This document shows, in pieces, positions 34,983 through 45,153 of a stretch of DNA of 64,000 nucleotides. The notes under the pieces were generated by a model that saw only the letters and a list, made by a program, of their open reading frames with translations, had not been told where the DNA came from and ran no database searches. The stretch's first letter is position 1. Every line of letters starts with the position of its first letter. Both the position numbers and the translations under genes were made by a program. The stretch is from IMG/VR virus record IMGVR_UViG_3300031787_007614, positions 1 to 64,000 of that record. One strand, given 5' to 3'.

Positions 34983-35956
34983 AATGTAATCTCAAATAAG
35001 TTAGATAAATGTTTGTTGTTTGCTTTTTTGTCTGTCTTAGTTTTTTTCATGCCAGGGTGTACCTTTTTATTTTTAAATTCAGTAGCATCAAAAATTGATC
35101 TTGGCACAAAGAAACGATCCATAACTCCAGATACTTTGGTATAACTTTTACCAAGGTCATTGCCGTTAAAATCACACATCACATAATCACCTAACCCCAT
35201 CATAAGATTGATAATATCATTGCAAGTGTACCCAAATCGTTTACAATGTGTATCTCGCAGTTCGACCTGAACCACGGGTTGATACTTAGCAATGGTTTGT
35301 GTTGCACCTTCTAATGCAAACAGTTCAGAACCTTCAATATCAATCTTAATAAGATCAACATTTTCAAACCCAAAACTGTCAAGTGTGCGTTGCTCTGCAG
35401 TCTGTGTGGGATTGTTGGTAGTTTTGCCATCAAGTAACACAGCATCACCGCGACTGCACTCGTTGGTTTTTTGTTCCATGGTAATAATTCCAGCGACTTT
35501 ACCTAATGCATATTCAAAAAACTCAATCTCTCCTATCAAGTCAAGACTGGCAAATGTGCCATTGGGGAACTTGAACCAGCCATCTGGACGATCCGGCTGA
35601 TGTCTTACTTGTTGCAGTTTGCTATCCCAATAACGACCTTGAAGTTTTGCATTTTTTGCAATGTCTACATTGAGTTTCATTAGTTCCATGCTAGACTGCA
35701 TGGGCTCAAAGGTTTTTACATGTTGGCACCAGGTGGCATATTCAATTGCGTTCATGCCAATGTTGCCACCAATGTCAATTACAGTTCTTGCATTAGGTAG
35801 CAAGCGACGATTCATTACCAAATTGCGAGCCTGGTATGGACCGTTTTCTCTTGCCATACGCTGTTCATAAAGTTTGTCATTGTCCCAGATCCAATATTGC
35901 CTGCCTATGCGGTTTGTTACTAGTTTTTTGTTGTTGATATCAAATAGTTGTGCCAT
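34979..35956 (-). CDS. FkbM-family methyltransferase
   Basis: IDIGGNIG, FEP, TLD....DLIKIDIEG.E. Confidence 0.9.
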   Translation of the reverse strand: MAQLFDINNKKLVTNRIGRQYWIWDNDKLYEQRMARENGPYQARNLVMNRRLLPNARTVIDIGGNIGMNAIEYATWCQHVKTFEPMQSSMELMKLNVDIAKNAKLQGRYWDSKLQQVRHQPDRPDGWFKFPNGTFASLDLIGEIEFFEYALGKVAGIITMEQKTNECSRGDAVLLDGKTTNNPTQTAEQRTLDSFGFENVDLIKIDIEGSELFALEGATQTIAKYQPVVQVELRDTHCKRFGYTCNDIINLMMGLGDYVMCDFNGNDLGKSYTKVSGVMDRFFVPRSIFDATEFKNKKVHPGMKKTKTDKKANNKHLSNLFEITL

Positions 35957-36027
35957 GTTGTTGCCTTATAAAGAAATCCTGCATACATATTTAACAGTAT
36001 ACAGGATCACGAGAGAGAAAGCAAGAG

Positions 36028-36951
36028 TTACTTCTTCTTTTTCCAACGATCTTTGAAGGCATCAGGGCACCATCTGGTTGCAATTTCCATTGGATCATTT
36101 TGAGCCAATACATCTAATGCTTCAGGAGTCAAATCGATTAACTTGCGTTCTGTCGAACCAGGAGTTATATTGTAGAGACTCTGCTTTGTTTCTTCCCTAA
36201 CATCTTCAAAATTTGAATCAGGAAGATCTTCAAACAAGCAAATAAATTCCTTGTAGTAAGAATTACGATTCCATCTATTATAGGTTACTTCTTGTATTGT
36301 TGCATTGGTTACGTCAATGAATCTTCCGTCAACATACTGTAACACTCCGTCGTTATATTTTTCAAACGGACGTAAATTTTCGTTAGTAGTGGGACCACCG
36401 TGTGTTCTTTCTGACGTATGAACGGTCGTTGCTAAAGCATGATTCATTGCATATCTAGCCATGTCTTTAGGGCTGACTCTCCTGCTGTTTTCGATCACTT
36501 CTCGAATTAAATCTTTTTCAATTTGTTTAATAGGATATGTGTGCTCGCAATGCCATTCATTGGCAAAGTTATCACCTGATAAACCGGCCAACCCTAGCTC
36601 ATGCATTCTTCCAATGGCCTTGCCAGTGATTAGATCTGTACCGCTATTGCCGGTAGCATGTTGTAATCCCATAACATCTGAATGAAATTTTCTGATACCG
36701 CCATTACTCCAATGCACAGTGTCACCAGAAATGCTCGCCTGGTTATATTCAGGTCCTGCGGCAAAACCACCATTGAAAAATCTTTTGTAATAGCAATATT
36801 CTTTGAGTTCTTCGATTGTGCGGGCTTTAACATGATTAGCAAATTTTCGCAAGTCGCCGGCCATAAATGCTAATCTTACACCGGCCGTTATAGCCTTTAG
36901 AACGGCTTTGTTGGGATCTTGTGCAAGTAGTTTCTGAATATTCAAAACCAA
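36028..36951 (-). CDS. Hypothetical protein with EHxxP motif
   Basis: 307 aa; own promoter TTGACT-17-TATAGT at 36976-37004. Confidence 0.7.
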   Translation of the reverse strand: MVLNIQKLLAQDPNKAVLKAITAGVRLAFMAGDLRKFANHVKARTIEELKEYCYYKRFFNGGFAAGPEYNQASISGDTVHWSNGGIRKFHSDVMGLQHATGNSGTDLITGKAIGRMHELGLAGLSGDNFANEWHCEHTYPIKQIEKDLIREVIENSRRVSPKDMARYAMNHALATTVHTSERTHGGPTTNENLRPFEKYNDGVLQYVDGRFIDVTNATIQEVTYNRWNRNSYYKEFICLFEDLPDSNFEDVREETKQSLYNITPGSTERKLIDLTPEALDVLAQNDPMEIATRWCPDAFKDRWKKKK

Positions 36952-37026
36952 CTCCTAAGTTGTTACAATGCACACACTATAACACAAGAACAATTTTGAG
37001 TCAATCAAATTGTTAAAATAAAAGTA

Positions 37027-38565
37027 TTATATTTCTGTGCTCAGGTTGTCCAATTTGTCACTGTCCAAATCTACTTCGTCGGGCTCCGACTCACTGTCCT
37101 CATATTCAAACAATGCATTGAATTGAGTAGTAGCATTCACAGTCTTCTTGCCCTTAAAGCCTCGTGTGCCCACAATCTCCATCCAATATGTACTGTATTT
37201 CTCAACAATAGATTCGGCTTGTTCTCTTGTGGGTGCAGTGAAAATATCTTCCACAATGTCTTCAAAGTAAGCATAGTCACCAGTGCTACGACGCATCATG
37301 GCAGGATGTTCTCCTGCATCAAAACGTCTATTGGCTTCTTGTACTGCGGTCAAGTGCATCCAGACATTATGGCCCATGAGTAAAGCATATGAGAAACTGT
37401 CCCACGATGTCTTGCCTTCTTTACCATTTTTATTTAGGTCGCCTGGCTTGTAGATACAGATGTCTTTCATCTTGAGAAGTTTGCTTATGGGGCTATCTTC
37501 CCAACGTGGTACTACTCCATCGGCAACTATACTTGTACCCCAGGCACGTGTGTCAGTGGCGTACTTTTTGTCGTCGGCTGTAGGAGCCATGCGATACGAC
37601 CATTTTGAGTTGTTTTCAAAGACATTTTCAAAGTAGACCTGTCCGTTTGCTGTTGCAAGGAACGGACTGGCGCAGTCAAACGAGATTGTGAAGTTTGGAT
37701 TGACATATTTTCTCACGGCCCTTTGGATTACAGTTAATAAAACAGCCCACTCCAGTTTGGAGGTTCCCAAGAAGTGCATCCAATCATGGACACCTTCTTG
37801 AAGTAAATTGTCATAGCGCAATGCCACAATACGTTTGAGTACCAAGTGAACATCACACATGTTTTGTCCGCCCATGGCCCAGCCATTGAAATGCGTATCT
37901 GGATATTTTTGTGGATCGCAATAATCCTTCATCATCTGATACCATTCTTCTGCATGAGTATGGTTACCACCTTGCAACACATTCAAGAACTTGGTACCAC
38001 CGTTTGCCACACCCTTGCGATGTTTCATGAAGTATTCGTTGTTGTAATGTGTTGCCTTGACTGCCTCATCCAAAGTGCTAATGCCAGACTTCCATCCATT
38101 CTTTTCATTGATAACAAAACTTGGAATATCAAGTGTCATAGCATAGTCTGCTATACCATCTAACCAGGCTAGTGCTTGTTCTCGTTTGGCCTGAGCCTTG
38201 GCACAACCTGAGTTGGCTCGCCAATCACCTTCCCACACACCTTTAGCAATCTGGAAACCACCAGAGTCGCCCAGCATGATTGTGCCAGGCTCTCTGTTCC
38301 GTACCATGTCTTCTGACCAGTCTTGTTTAGCAAGATCGAGATTTGCATGCCCTCCAGAGTATAGGGACCAACGGTAAGGGAAAAGTGCTTTGGTAGAGTT
38401 AAGCCAATTAAGTTGCTCCATGTCACTAAGGCCCTGAGGCAATCTCGCCGGATCCACATATGGTTCATTCCTTTGCTTGCCTATGAACGTGGCATAGAAC
38501 CCGCTGATGGCCGGAAGGAACACAGCGTAGTCCGATTGCTTGGCAGTTAAGTCGTCTTGGGTCAT
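37027..38565 (-). CDS. TGT-fold guanine transglycosylase (DpdA-like)
   Basis: DSGGFQ, LDIP, VLQG, GWAMGG, HFLG, SFD; no CxCxxC zinc site seen. Confidence 0.85.
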   Translation of the reverse strand: MTQDDLTAKQSDYAVFLPAISGFYATFIGKQRNEPYVDPARLPQGLSDMEQLNWLNSTKALFPYRWSLYSGGHANLDLAKQDWSEDMVRNREPGTIMLGDSGGFQIAKGVWEGDWRANSGCAKAQAKREQALAWLDGIADYAMTLDIPSFVINEKNGWKSGISTLDEAVKATHYNNEYFMKHRKGVANGGTKFLNVLQGGNHTHAEEWYQMMKDYCDPQKYPDTHFNGWAMGGQNMCDVHLVLKRIVALRYDNLLQEGVHDWMHFLGTSKLEWAVLLTVIQRAVRKYVNPNFTISFDCASPFLATANGQVYFENVFENNSKWSYRMAPTADDKKYATDTRAWGTSIVADGVVPRWEDSPISKLLKMKDICIYKPGDLNKNGKEGKTSWDSFSYALLMGHNVWMHLTAVQEANRRFDAGEHPAMMRRSTGDYAYFEDIVEDIFTAPTREQAESIVEKYSTYWMEIVGTRGFKGKKTVNATTQFNALFEYEDSESEPDEVDLDSDKLDNLSTEI

Positions 38566-39320
38566 GCTTGGTAAAAGTTTACTGTTTCAAATAGTTCACA
38601 GTCCTCTTTATAGAAACTGCGAAGTCTATTTAGATAGTCTGGATTGCTTGAAAGTTTTTCATTGATACGATCTACTATATTTTGTTGTAACTCTGTAGTG
38701 AACAATTCTGTCACTGTGGGGTTGATCTTTTTAGTAATATTAAACACATTGGTAGGATCTTGATCTTCTGTTGTGAGATTAAACGGTGTACCAGTAAACT
38801 GTTCCATCATCTTGCCAAAGTTTTTGGCCAGCTCATCATCACACCGTAACCAAGTGATCTTAGAATGATCGATACCTTTAATAAAATCACATTGTGGTTG
38901 AGTGTGACTGTCGAACATTACAGTATCGAATATCATATCCCAATCAACATTGTTTATATGCAATGGATGTTCTGGATCCCATCCTTGCAGATACTGTGCT
39001 AGTCCAGTCACCCACCGATTGATAGGATCTCTAAGTATCACAGCATACTGGGCATTCTGTAAATGTTCTGACCATGTTGAAACGTTGATATTGTATTGTG
39101 TTGGAATATCTTCGTAAAATTTTTGTGTACGGTAGTTAAACAAATATCCCGGTGTATGATGCTTGGTCCAGCTGCTGGCATTTTTAGGAATGTGAACGTA
39201 AATCAAACATCTTGATGGATTATCTTTGACAATGCAATAGCTTTGTCCATTCCCAGCTTGGTTAGGTCCTGCCGGATCACCATCATCAACAAATTTAGGT
39301 CCTGTTGGTTTTTTAAACAT
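38562..39320 (-). CDS. Sulfotransferase-family protein
   Basis: HIPKNASS, LRDP..R, H..PQ, FY..D. Confidence 0.75.
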   Translation of the reverse strand: MFKKPTGPKFVDDGDPAGPNQAGNGQSYCIVKDNPSRCLIYVHIPKNASSWTKHHTPGYLFNYRTQKFYEDIPTQYNINVSTWSEHLQNAQYAVILRDPINRWVTGLAQYLQGWDPEHPLHINNVDWDMIFDTVMFDSHTQPQCDFIKGIDHSKITWLRCDDELAKNFGKMMEQFTGTPFNLTTEDQDPTNVFNITKKINPTVTELFTTELQQNIVDRINEKLSSNPDYLNRLRSFYKEDCELFETVNFYQA

Positions 39321-39321
39321 A

Positions 39322-40044
39322 TCACTTGCTTTGTGCTGGTAAGATATAATTGTAAACAGCAATGCCACTATCCACCGTGATCTTGGCAGCACCATCATCA
39401 CTGATACGAACGGTCTTGTCCCCAGTCAATGACAGGATACTCATGACTTGTTGAGCAGGCCACGACCAAGCACGTTTCAATTGACCATTTACACCTGGGT
39501 GGAACACAAAGTTACCAGCATGTGTGCTATGATCACCAAAGAAAAACTTCAAGTCTCCGTTTTCAGTCTTGGCCTGGAAATGTGGTTCTTCAGCATTGGC
39601 CTGTGCTTGCATACGCAGGCGTTGGATGGCAGCCACAGTGGGTTCAAATTCAATGTGCCAGTTTACACCTTTGAACTTGGGCGTCTTGAGTTTTTCAGTC
39701 ACAATGGCTTCGGCCATGAAACGATAGTTGTTTTGAAAATCGCCTGCGGCATTTTCAAACTTGATGCCATCTGGCTCGCCGCCTGCTCGGCGACTCAAGC
39801 TGAGTTTGGCGTTTTCTTTGTACTCCTGCAAGTTCAACAGAATTTTGATCTTGGCCAAGTTTGGCATGCCAAATGTGCCCACAAAGTCTGGATGTGGATT
39901 TTTGAATTCACCTTCCACAACCACGCTCATGTCTTCAGCAAGGCCTACAATTTGTGTGGCTTTGTCATCGCCTACAATCTTGATCAAATCAATGCAGCCA
40001 AGATCGTGTGTGTGTTGTACTAAGTCTAATAGATAATCTCTCAT
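39322..40044 (-). CDS. Putative DNA polymerase sliding clamp
   Basis: 240 aa, beta-rich, C-terminal Y.YILP, next to the polymerase. Confidence 0.6.
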   Translation of the reverse strand: MRDYLLDLVQHTHDLGCIDLIKIVGDDKATQIVGLAEDMSVVVEGEFKNPHPDFVGTFGMPNLAKIKILLNLQEYKENAKLSLSRRAGGEPDGIKFENAAGDFQNNYRFMAEAIVTEKLKTPKFKGVNWHIEFEPTVAAIQRLRMQAQANAEEPHFQAKTENGDLKFFFGDHSTHAGNFVFHPGVNGQLKRAWSWPAQQVMSILSLTGDKTVRISDDGAAKITVDSGIAVYNYILPAQSK

Positions 40045-40077
40045 TTTGTATACTCCTAATGTTTAAGTTTAACAGGT

Positions 40078-41022
40078 TTATTTAGAATTTGCAACTATTC
40101 TGGCTAATGTTTGTCCGCCTCTAAGCGAATCTATTTCTCCAGGTTTTTGGAACTCAAACCATGCAACGTCAGCAGGGCCATTGTGACGATGCATGAGCTC
40201 AAATCCCAATGTTTCAGCATGTTCTTGAATCAACGATCCTGGAGTGTAGCACATGTAACTGCGCTCGGCCAATGCAACTCCGTGAGCACGATCACAGTCG
40301 TTGTAGGTAAAAAACACCACTCCGCCAGGCCGAAGTTTTTTCCACAGCTCATCCAAGTACTGACATATCAATTCCAATGGTTTGTAATTGAAGTAATTGT
40401 AAGCAAAGCAATATCCAAACTGAGCATCTGGCAACAGTGCAAGTATTGGTTTGCCTAGAATCTCTTCAGCTGTGTATAATCTCAGTCTACGTCGATATTC
40501 TTCAGTAAATCCTTGACAGGCAGGTTCTAGCAATTCAAGATTGTTGTCAATCATGTACAACGGGTCCAATGGTACCAATTGCTCCACGTGTTGTTCCAGT
40601 GCTGGTCTGAAAATCAATCCAGGCACACGCCAATCTGTGTAGCGTAAAATTCTACCTTGTAGTAGTTCAGCACTTTCGGGATCGCAACGTAGCCTACGAT
40701 TAAGAATGTGTTCGGTAGTGTCATAACACATTTCATGCTGGAACAATCTCAAACTTTCACGCAAGTATTCTGGATGCTGTGCAGTCATAGCGTCAATCAC
40801 GTGACTGCGTATAGCGTCAATGGTATGATTGAATTGCTGGAAACTTTCATTAATTTTGTTACCATTGGCAATGATGCCTTGTGTAAATTTGTTAAATTGC
40901 ACATTGTGGTTGGCAATTTTGTGTATCACAGCATCAAGTCTGTGACGGGCTTCTTGATGAATTTGACCTAACTCAAATTCATCAATGTGGTTCAAGTAAT
41001 CAACAAGTTCGCTCAGTTTCAT
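40078..41022 (-). CDS. Protein with C-terminal SAM methyltransferase-like domain
   Basis: LP..QF, L...LRPGG...FT. Confidence 0.6.
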   Translation of the reverse strand: MKLSELVDYLNHIDEFELGQIHQEARHRLDAVIHKIANHNVQFNKFTQGIIANGNKINESFQQFNHTIDAIRSHVIDAMTAQHPEYLRESLRLFQHEMCYDTTEHILNRRLRCDPESAELLQGRILRYTDWRVPGLIFRPALEQHVEQLVPLDPLYMIDNNLELLEPACQGFTEEYRRRLRLYTAEEILGKPILALLPDAQFGYCFAYNYFNYKPLELICQYLDELWKKLRPGGVVFFTYNDCDRAHGVALAERSYMCYTPGSLIQEHAETLGFELMHRHNGPADVAWFEFQKPGEIDSLRGGQTLARIVANSK

Positions 41023-43679
41023 TCGAATGAAAATAGTGATGTAAAAGTATTTTCTGTGTTGGTAGCAGACGCAAGGTCCCATTCCAACACACCCAGCAAG
41101 TTGTCGACCTTTTGATCCACAACAGTTGCTTCCATTAGCCCATCGTCAAACGGCAGTTCAGTAAACCATGCAGGCAATCTTTGCTCATCTGTAGGATAGC
41201 CAATTGATGTCCATCCAAGTGCATTTGATTTGAGTTTGCACACAATGGTTTTCATACCATCCACAACCTGCATTGAGTAGTTGTCTGAATTCATTCTACG
41301 CATTTGATTCCAATTCATTGCGGCACGAACGTGTCCTGGCATGTTTGCTTTGCCCAGGCGTGCTTCCTCTGCCGCATATTTGGTCAAGTTGTTCACACGC
41401 TTAGGCGATCCTTTTTCCCAGCCTGGACGCTCTTTAAACTCATACTTGAATTCTCTAATGCGTTCAATGATCTCATCTCGTTGTGTACCTGCCAGTACTT
41501 TATTTAGAATTTCTAACAGGAAGTCTTGAATTACTTTGGGGGTATCTGAACGCTTGAGATCCAAGCCCATGGCCTTGGTCTTGCCAATCTTGCCGTCTAC
41601 ATCCAGTCGCTTGCCTTCCAAGTCAATGATGTTCACAGCATAACGCTTCTTGGTAATGAACAAACTGCGGTCAGCAACCAGTTCACGACCTGCTTTGATC
41701 AACGCACCCATGTCTCGGGGACAATGGAACGCCTGTTCCATAAACGCTGGAAAGCTCTCATTCACTTGATCAGCAATTGAGTCGTACAGTTGGATGCAGA
41801 TTTCTTTTGACCATTCCATCCGTCCTTCTGCAACTTCTTTTTCCAGTATGGGCCACGCAGAAAAATAGCATGAGTCTGTATCACCATAGATGATGGCCTT
41901 GCCTGTGTGATCATATTCGCCTGTGATGCACTCATTGATGTGAGCATCCATGTGCTTGGCAATACTTCGACCTGCCAGTGTGGTTGACTGCCCAATACGC
42001 TTGTCAAAGAATCTACAGCCTGGATTCAAAATAGCACCATACAAGCTATTCAAGTTAATCTTCTTGACCAATTGACGTTTGTCCCAGAACGCAATCTCTT
42101 TGGGATCCTTGGTCTGCTTCTTCTTGGCTTGCAGTTCTTGTCGTTCACGATACCAGCGTTCCAGCAGGCCAGGGATGATACCTTTCTTCTCGTAAGTGAG
42201 AATGGTACCATTGGCAGTAAGGATCCAAGGTTGATTTGAGTCAAAGATCATGTGCCAGATTTCCATAGCAGAGTGTACTGACTCTTCGCCACCTTCCCAG
42301 TCAATGGTAATTTCTGTACCACGTTGCTGTTCCATCACAGCAGTATACTCTAAACTGGCAAACAAGCCTTCCCATGCAGCCGCAAAACTTTGTCCCTTGG
42401 CCATGTTGGATTTGATCAACTGATCAGTCATGGTTTGCCGCAATTGGCCCACCACAGTTTCTGGACCCATGTTCATGGCACGAATTGCAGATGGATATAG
42501 ACTGTTGATGTCCACTGACCCAATCCACATGTGCAGGCCCTTTTTAGGATATGCCACATAAGCACCTGCGGCCTGGGTGTCATCATCTGTAAGGCGTTGC
42601 TTACGATTGGGCACAACCATTCCACGCTCGTGTGCTTCATTGATAATGGCCTGTTCAGTCACTGCCACAGCACCCATTGTGGTTTGTAGCAACACAGTAT
42701 TGGCGTGTGCCAGTTCATTGGCTAGGTCCAAGAAACGCAATTTCTTGTCTAACTTGGCAATGATCATGGTGTCTTGGCGGTTGTACTCAATAAACTTTTT
42801 GAAGTGCTGGTTGTACAACTGATCCAGTGTGCCTTCAAATTGTGTTTTGCGTTCACCCAGCTCGTACTCGCCGATAGCATCCAAACTATATGAGTGGCGT
42901 TCCTCGTATGTGTACTTGCGATACAACTGCATGTAGTCCATATGCACACGACCGACTAAGTCGTAAGTTTGATTCTCTGCGCCAAAGCGTTCAAACATTC
43001 TTTGCTTGGGAAACTGTCCCCACAAACAAAAGCGTCGTGTGTCATCCTTGCTGAGTATTCTTGTGGTACGATTTACTGTGTAAGGAATGTCGTAACCTTC
43101 TGAGTTCCAACCTGTAAGTACATCCGCACCTTCAATCACATCCAAGAACATTTTGATCATGTCTTCTTCACGCTCAAACAAGATGGTATTTTCAAACTCG
43201 GCCACCAGCTCTTGTGCAGTATCCCAGCTTAGATGTTTAGGCGGCACCGCCAGTGTGATCATCTGATCCAGCCAATCTAAATATACAGATATAGCAGTGA
43301 TAGGATTGAAGGGATCTGCCACAGGCGAGAATCCACGCTCTGCATCAAACGCAACTTCGATGTCAAAAAATGCTGTGTGCAGTTCTGGAGCATCTTGGTC
43401 TTTGTAGTTCTCTTCCAAACATCTAAAGATAGGATTGATGTCTGATTCATACAACTGCTTGCCCGACTGGCTGCGAACTTCCTTGCGAAATTCTTTGTTG
43501 TTGCGCGATGAGAATCTATTTACAGGTGTGCCGTAGATGCTTTGAAACTTGCCTCTAGGATCGTCATAATAGAAAATGTAGTTGGCAGGATATTCCTTGT
43601 AGACTCGTTCGCCATCGCGGCGTTCTACTACATGTATGCGATCGTGTTCACGATCAAAAAGTGCGTCGATATAACTCAT
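41019..43679 (-). CDS. DNA polymerase family B
   Basis: DIE exonuclease, DINSLYPS, K...NS.YG, YGDTDS, KKRY. Confidence 0.97.
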   Translation of the reverse strand: MSYIDALFDREHDRIHVVERRDGERVYKEYPANYIFYYDDPRGKFQSIYGTPVNRFSSRNNKEFRKEVRSQSGKQLYESDINPIFRCLEENYKDQDAPELHTAFFDIEVAFDAERGFSPVADPFNPITAISVYLDWLDQMITLAVPPKHLSWDTAQELVAEFENTILFEREEDMIKMFLDVIEGADVLTGWNSEGYDIPYTVNRTTRILSKDDTRRFCLWGQFPKQRMFERFGAENQTYDLVGRVHMDYMQLYRKYTYEERHSYSLDAIGEYELGERKTQFEGTLDQLYNQHFKKFIEYNRQDTMIIAKLDKKLRFLDLANELAHANTVLLQTTMGAVAVTEQAIINEAHERGMVVPNRKQRLTDDDTQAAGAYVAYPKKGLHMWIGSVDINSLYPSAIRAMNMGPETVVGQLRQTMTDQLIKSNMAKGQSFAAAWEGLFASLEYTAVMEQQRGTEITIDWEGGEESVHSAMEIWHMIFDSNQPWILTANGTILTYEKKGIIPGLLERWYRERQELQAKKKQTKDPKEIAFWDKRQLVKKINLNSLYGAILNPGCRFFDKRIGQSTTLAGRSIAKHMDAHINECITGEYDHTGKAIIYGDTDSCYFSAWPILEKEVAEGRMEWSKEICIQLYDSIADQVNESFPAFMEQAFHCPRDMGALIKAGRELVADRSLFITKKRYAVNIIDLEGKRLDVDGKIGKTKAMGLDLKRSDTPKVIQDFLLEILNKVLAGTQRDEIIERIREFKYEFKERPGWEKGSPKRVNNLTKYAAEEARLGKANMPGHVRAAMNWNQMRRMNSDNYSMQVVDGMKTIVCKLKSNALGWTSIGYPTDEQRLPAWFTELPFDDGLMEATVVDQKVDNLLGVLEWDLASATNTENTFTSLFSFE

Positions 43680-43682
43680 TGT

Positions 43683-43747
43683 TCTCCGTTTGTGGCCGGT
43701 AAGCCATGATTCATGCTCGTAACGAGAGCGACTCGCAGATATTTATA
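43683..43747 (-). promoter_or_regulatory. Late-type promoter and structured leader of the polymerase gene
   Basis: TATAAATA (43740-43747); TGGC-TTACCG-GCCA-CAAA-CGG-AG pseudoknot reaching the RBS. Confidence 0.5.
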
Positions 43748-43775
43748 TTAGACAGTGTGTTGACAGGAAATCTTA

Positions 43776-44840
43776 TCATGCTCGACTCAAGTCGTTTGTG
43801 ATACAGTGTATACCAGCGTCCCAAAAATAACGATGCCTAAACGGCGACACATGAACTTCAATACCGTGTCTAGCACAGGCTTTTTCAACTTGATCATTGT
43901 GGCTGGATACCACAATGTTCTTTTGATCTATCACAAGTATGTTGACATCAAACACAGTTTCACTAGCATTGCCTACCCAAGACTCAAAGTAATGTTCAAC
44001 CATGTGTACAAGATTAGGATCTGATTCAAAGCCCGGAATGTTCCAGCGGCCTCGATTGTGCTTCATGCTGGCTCGAAATTCCGCAGTGTCTGCATAATCA
44101 CTTGGTGGCAAGTACACCACTTCCCATCCAGGAAAAGTGTCTGCGTAAGTTGGCACATCTCGTAGGCTAATGATCAATCCAGGAGTAACTGGGCAATAGG
44201 TAGCATCTCCGTGACCGCCAGCATTCACAATGCGATTGCGTGTGCGCGGGAACAGTTGATTGACTTTGGCCAACAGTTGTGTTTGATCTTCATCATAACT
44301 TTGAGTGGCAAAATACAAGTCTTGACCAATGCGACTCACAAAGCATCCTGACACTACATCAAGATCTGTATGTCGTACTGTGTTGCCTTGTGACAACACA
44401 TGCTCAACGACGTTTTGATAACAACTCAATTTAGCACGATGTTGTGCAAGATCTCTATGTTGAAATTCTGTCCAAGTCAGTTCAGTTTGATTGGCGTATG
44501 CTCTTTGAGCATGTGAGCTGTTTGGCTGTTGCGGAACCCACAGTTCATCATGAATCATGATGAAATAATCTCTTGGAGTTACAGGCGGTGGCACCCAATG
44601 ATCATGAATTTTCAAAGCACTGAGATCCTCAGGCAGTTGAGGCCGCAACACACGGATTCCGAACCGGCTTTGCAATAGTGCAATAAGGGCTTGATAATCT
44701 TGTTCAGTTTCTTCTGCCAACGTTTGGAAACGTTGGCGTGTGTTGCGATCTTGGATCCAATAGTAATAATCCGGCGGGTACGTCATACCGACCACGCATA
44801 CCTGTAATGGATCCCAGTGTTGAAAAACTTGATAGCTCAA
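43776..44840 (-). CDS. Amidinotransferase-family protein
   Basis: WD.L...VVG, PRD, H.D, N.L, G.HC.T. Confidence 0.82.
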   Translation of the reverse strand: MSYQVFQHWDPLQVCVVGMTYPPDYYYWIQDRNTRQRFQTLAEETEQDYQALIALLQSRFGIRVLRPQLPEDLSALKIHDHWVPPPVTPRDYFIMIHDELWVPQQPNSSHAQRAYANQTELTWTEFQHRDLAQHRAKLSCYQNVVEHVLSQGNTVRHTDLDVVSGCFVSRIGQDLYFATQSYDEDQTQLLAKVNQLFPRTRNRIVNAGGHGDATYCPVTPGLIISLRDVPTYADTFPGWEVVYLPPSDYADTAEFRASMKHNRGRWNIPGFESDPNLVHMVEHYFESWVGNASETVFDVNILVIDQKNIVVSSHNDQVEKACARHGIEVHVSPFRHRYFWDAGIHCITNDLSRA

Positions 44841-45097
44841 AGAGTTTTACCAACTGTTTCTAAAATAGTTTCCAGGGTTTCGTGATCCTGTTTGGCTTTG
44901 CCAAATTCAGCTTTGTGTGCCAGCTTGATTGCTTTTTTAAGTACAGCAGGCTTGATTTCCAGTTCTTCAGCCACAGCCTTGATGGTGTCAGTAAGTCCGC
45001 CGTTGAGAGTTTCAATTTCGTGCATGACTTGCATGCCTTCGTTGATGATCTGAGTGAGTTTGAGTTTTTGCTCGCCGTTAAATGTTTTGCCGCTCAT
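44837..45097 (-). CDS. Small helical dsDNA-binding protein (T4 DsbA/GapR-like)
   Basis: Coiled-coil pattern; promoter TTGACT-17-TATACT at 45116-45144. Confidence 0.55.
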   Translation of the reverse strand: MSGKTFNGEQKLKLTQIINEGMQVMHEIETLNGGLTDTIKAVAEELEIKPAVLKKAIKLAHKAEFGKAKQDHETLETILETVGKTL

Positions 45098-45153
45098 AGA
45101 GCCTCCTAAAACAATAGTATATAGATTTATTTAAAGAAAGTCAATGTATGGTT

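Noticed and set aside
41019-43679. Intein or intron in DNA polymerase
   Set aside because: Contiguous 886-aa ORF with normally spaced motifs.
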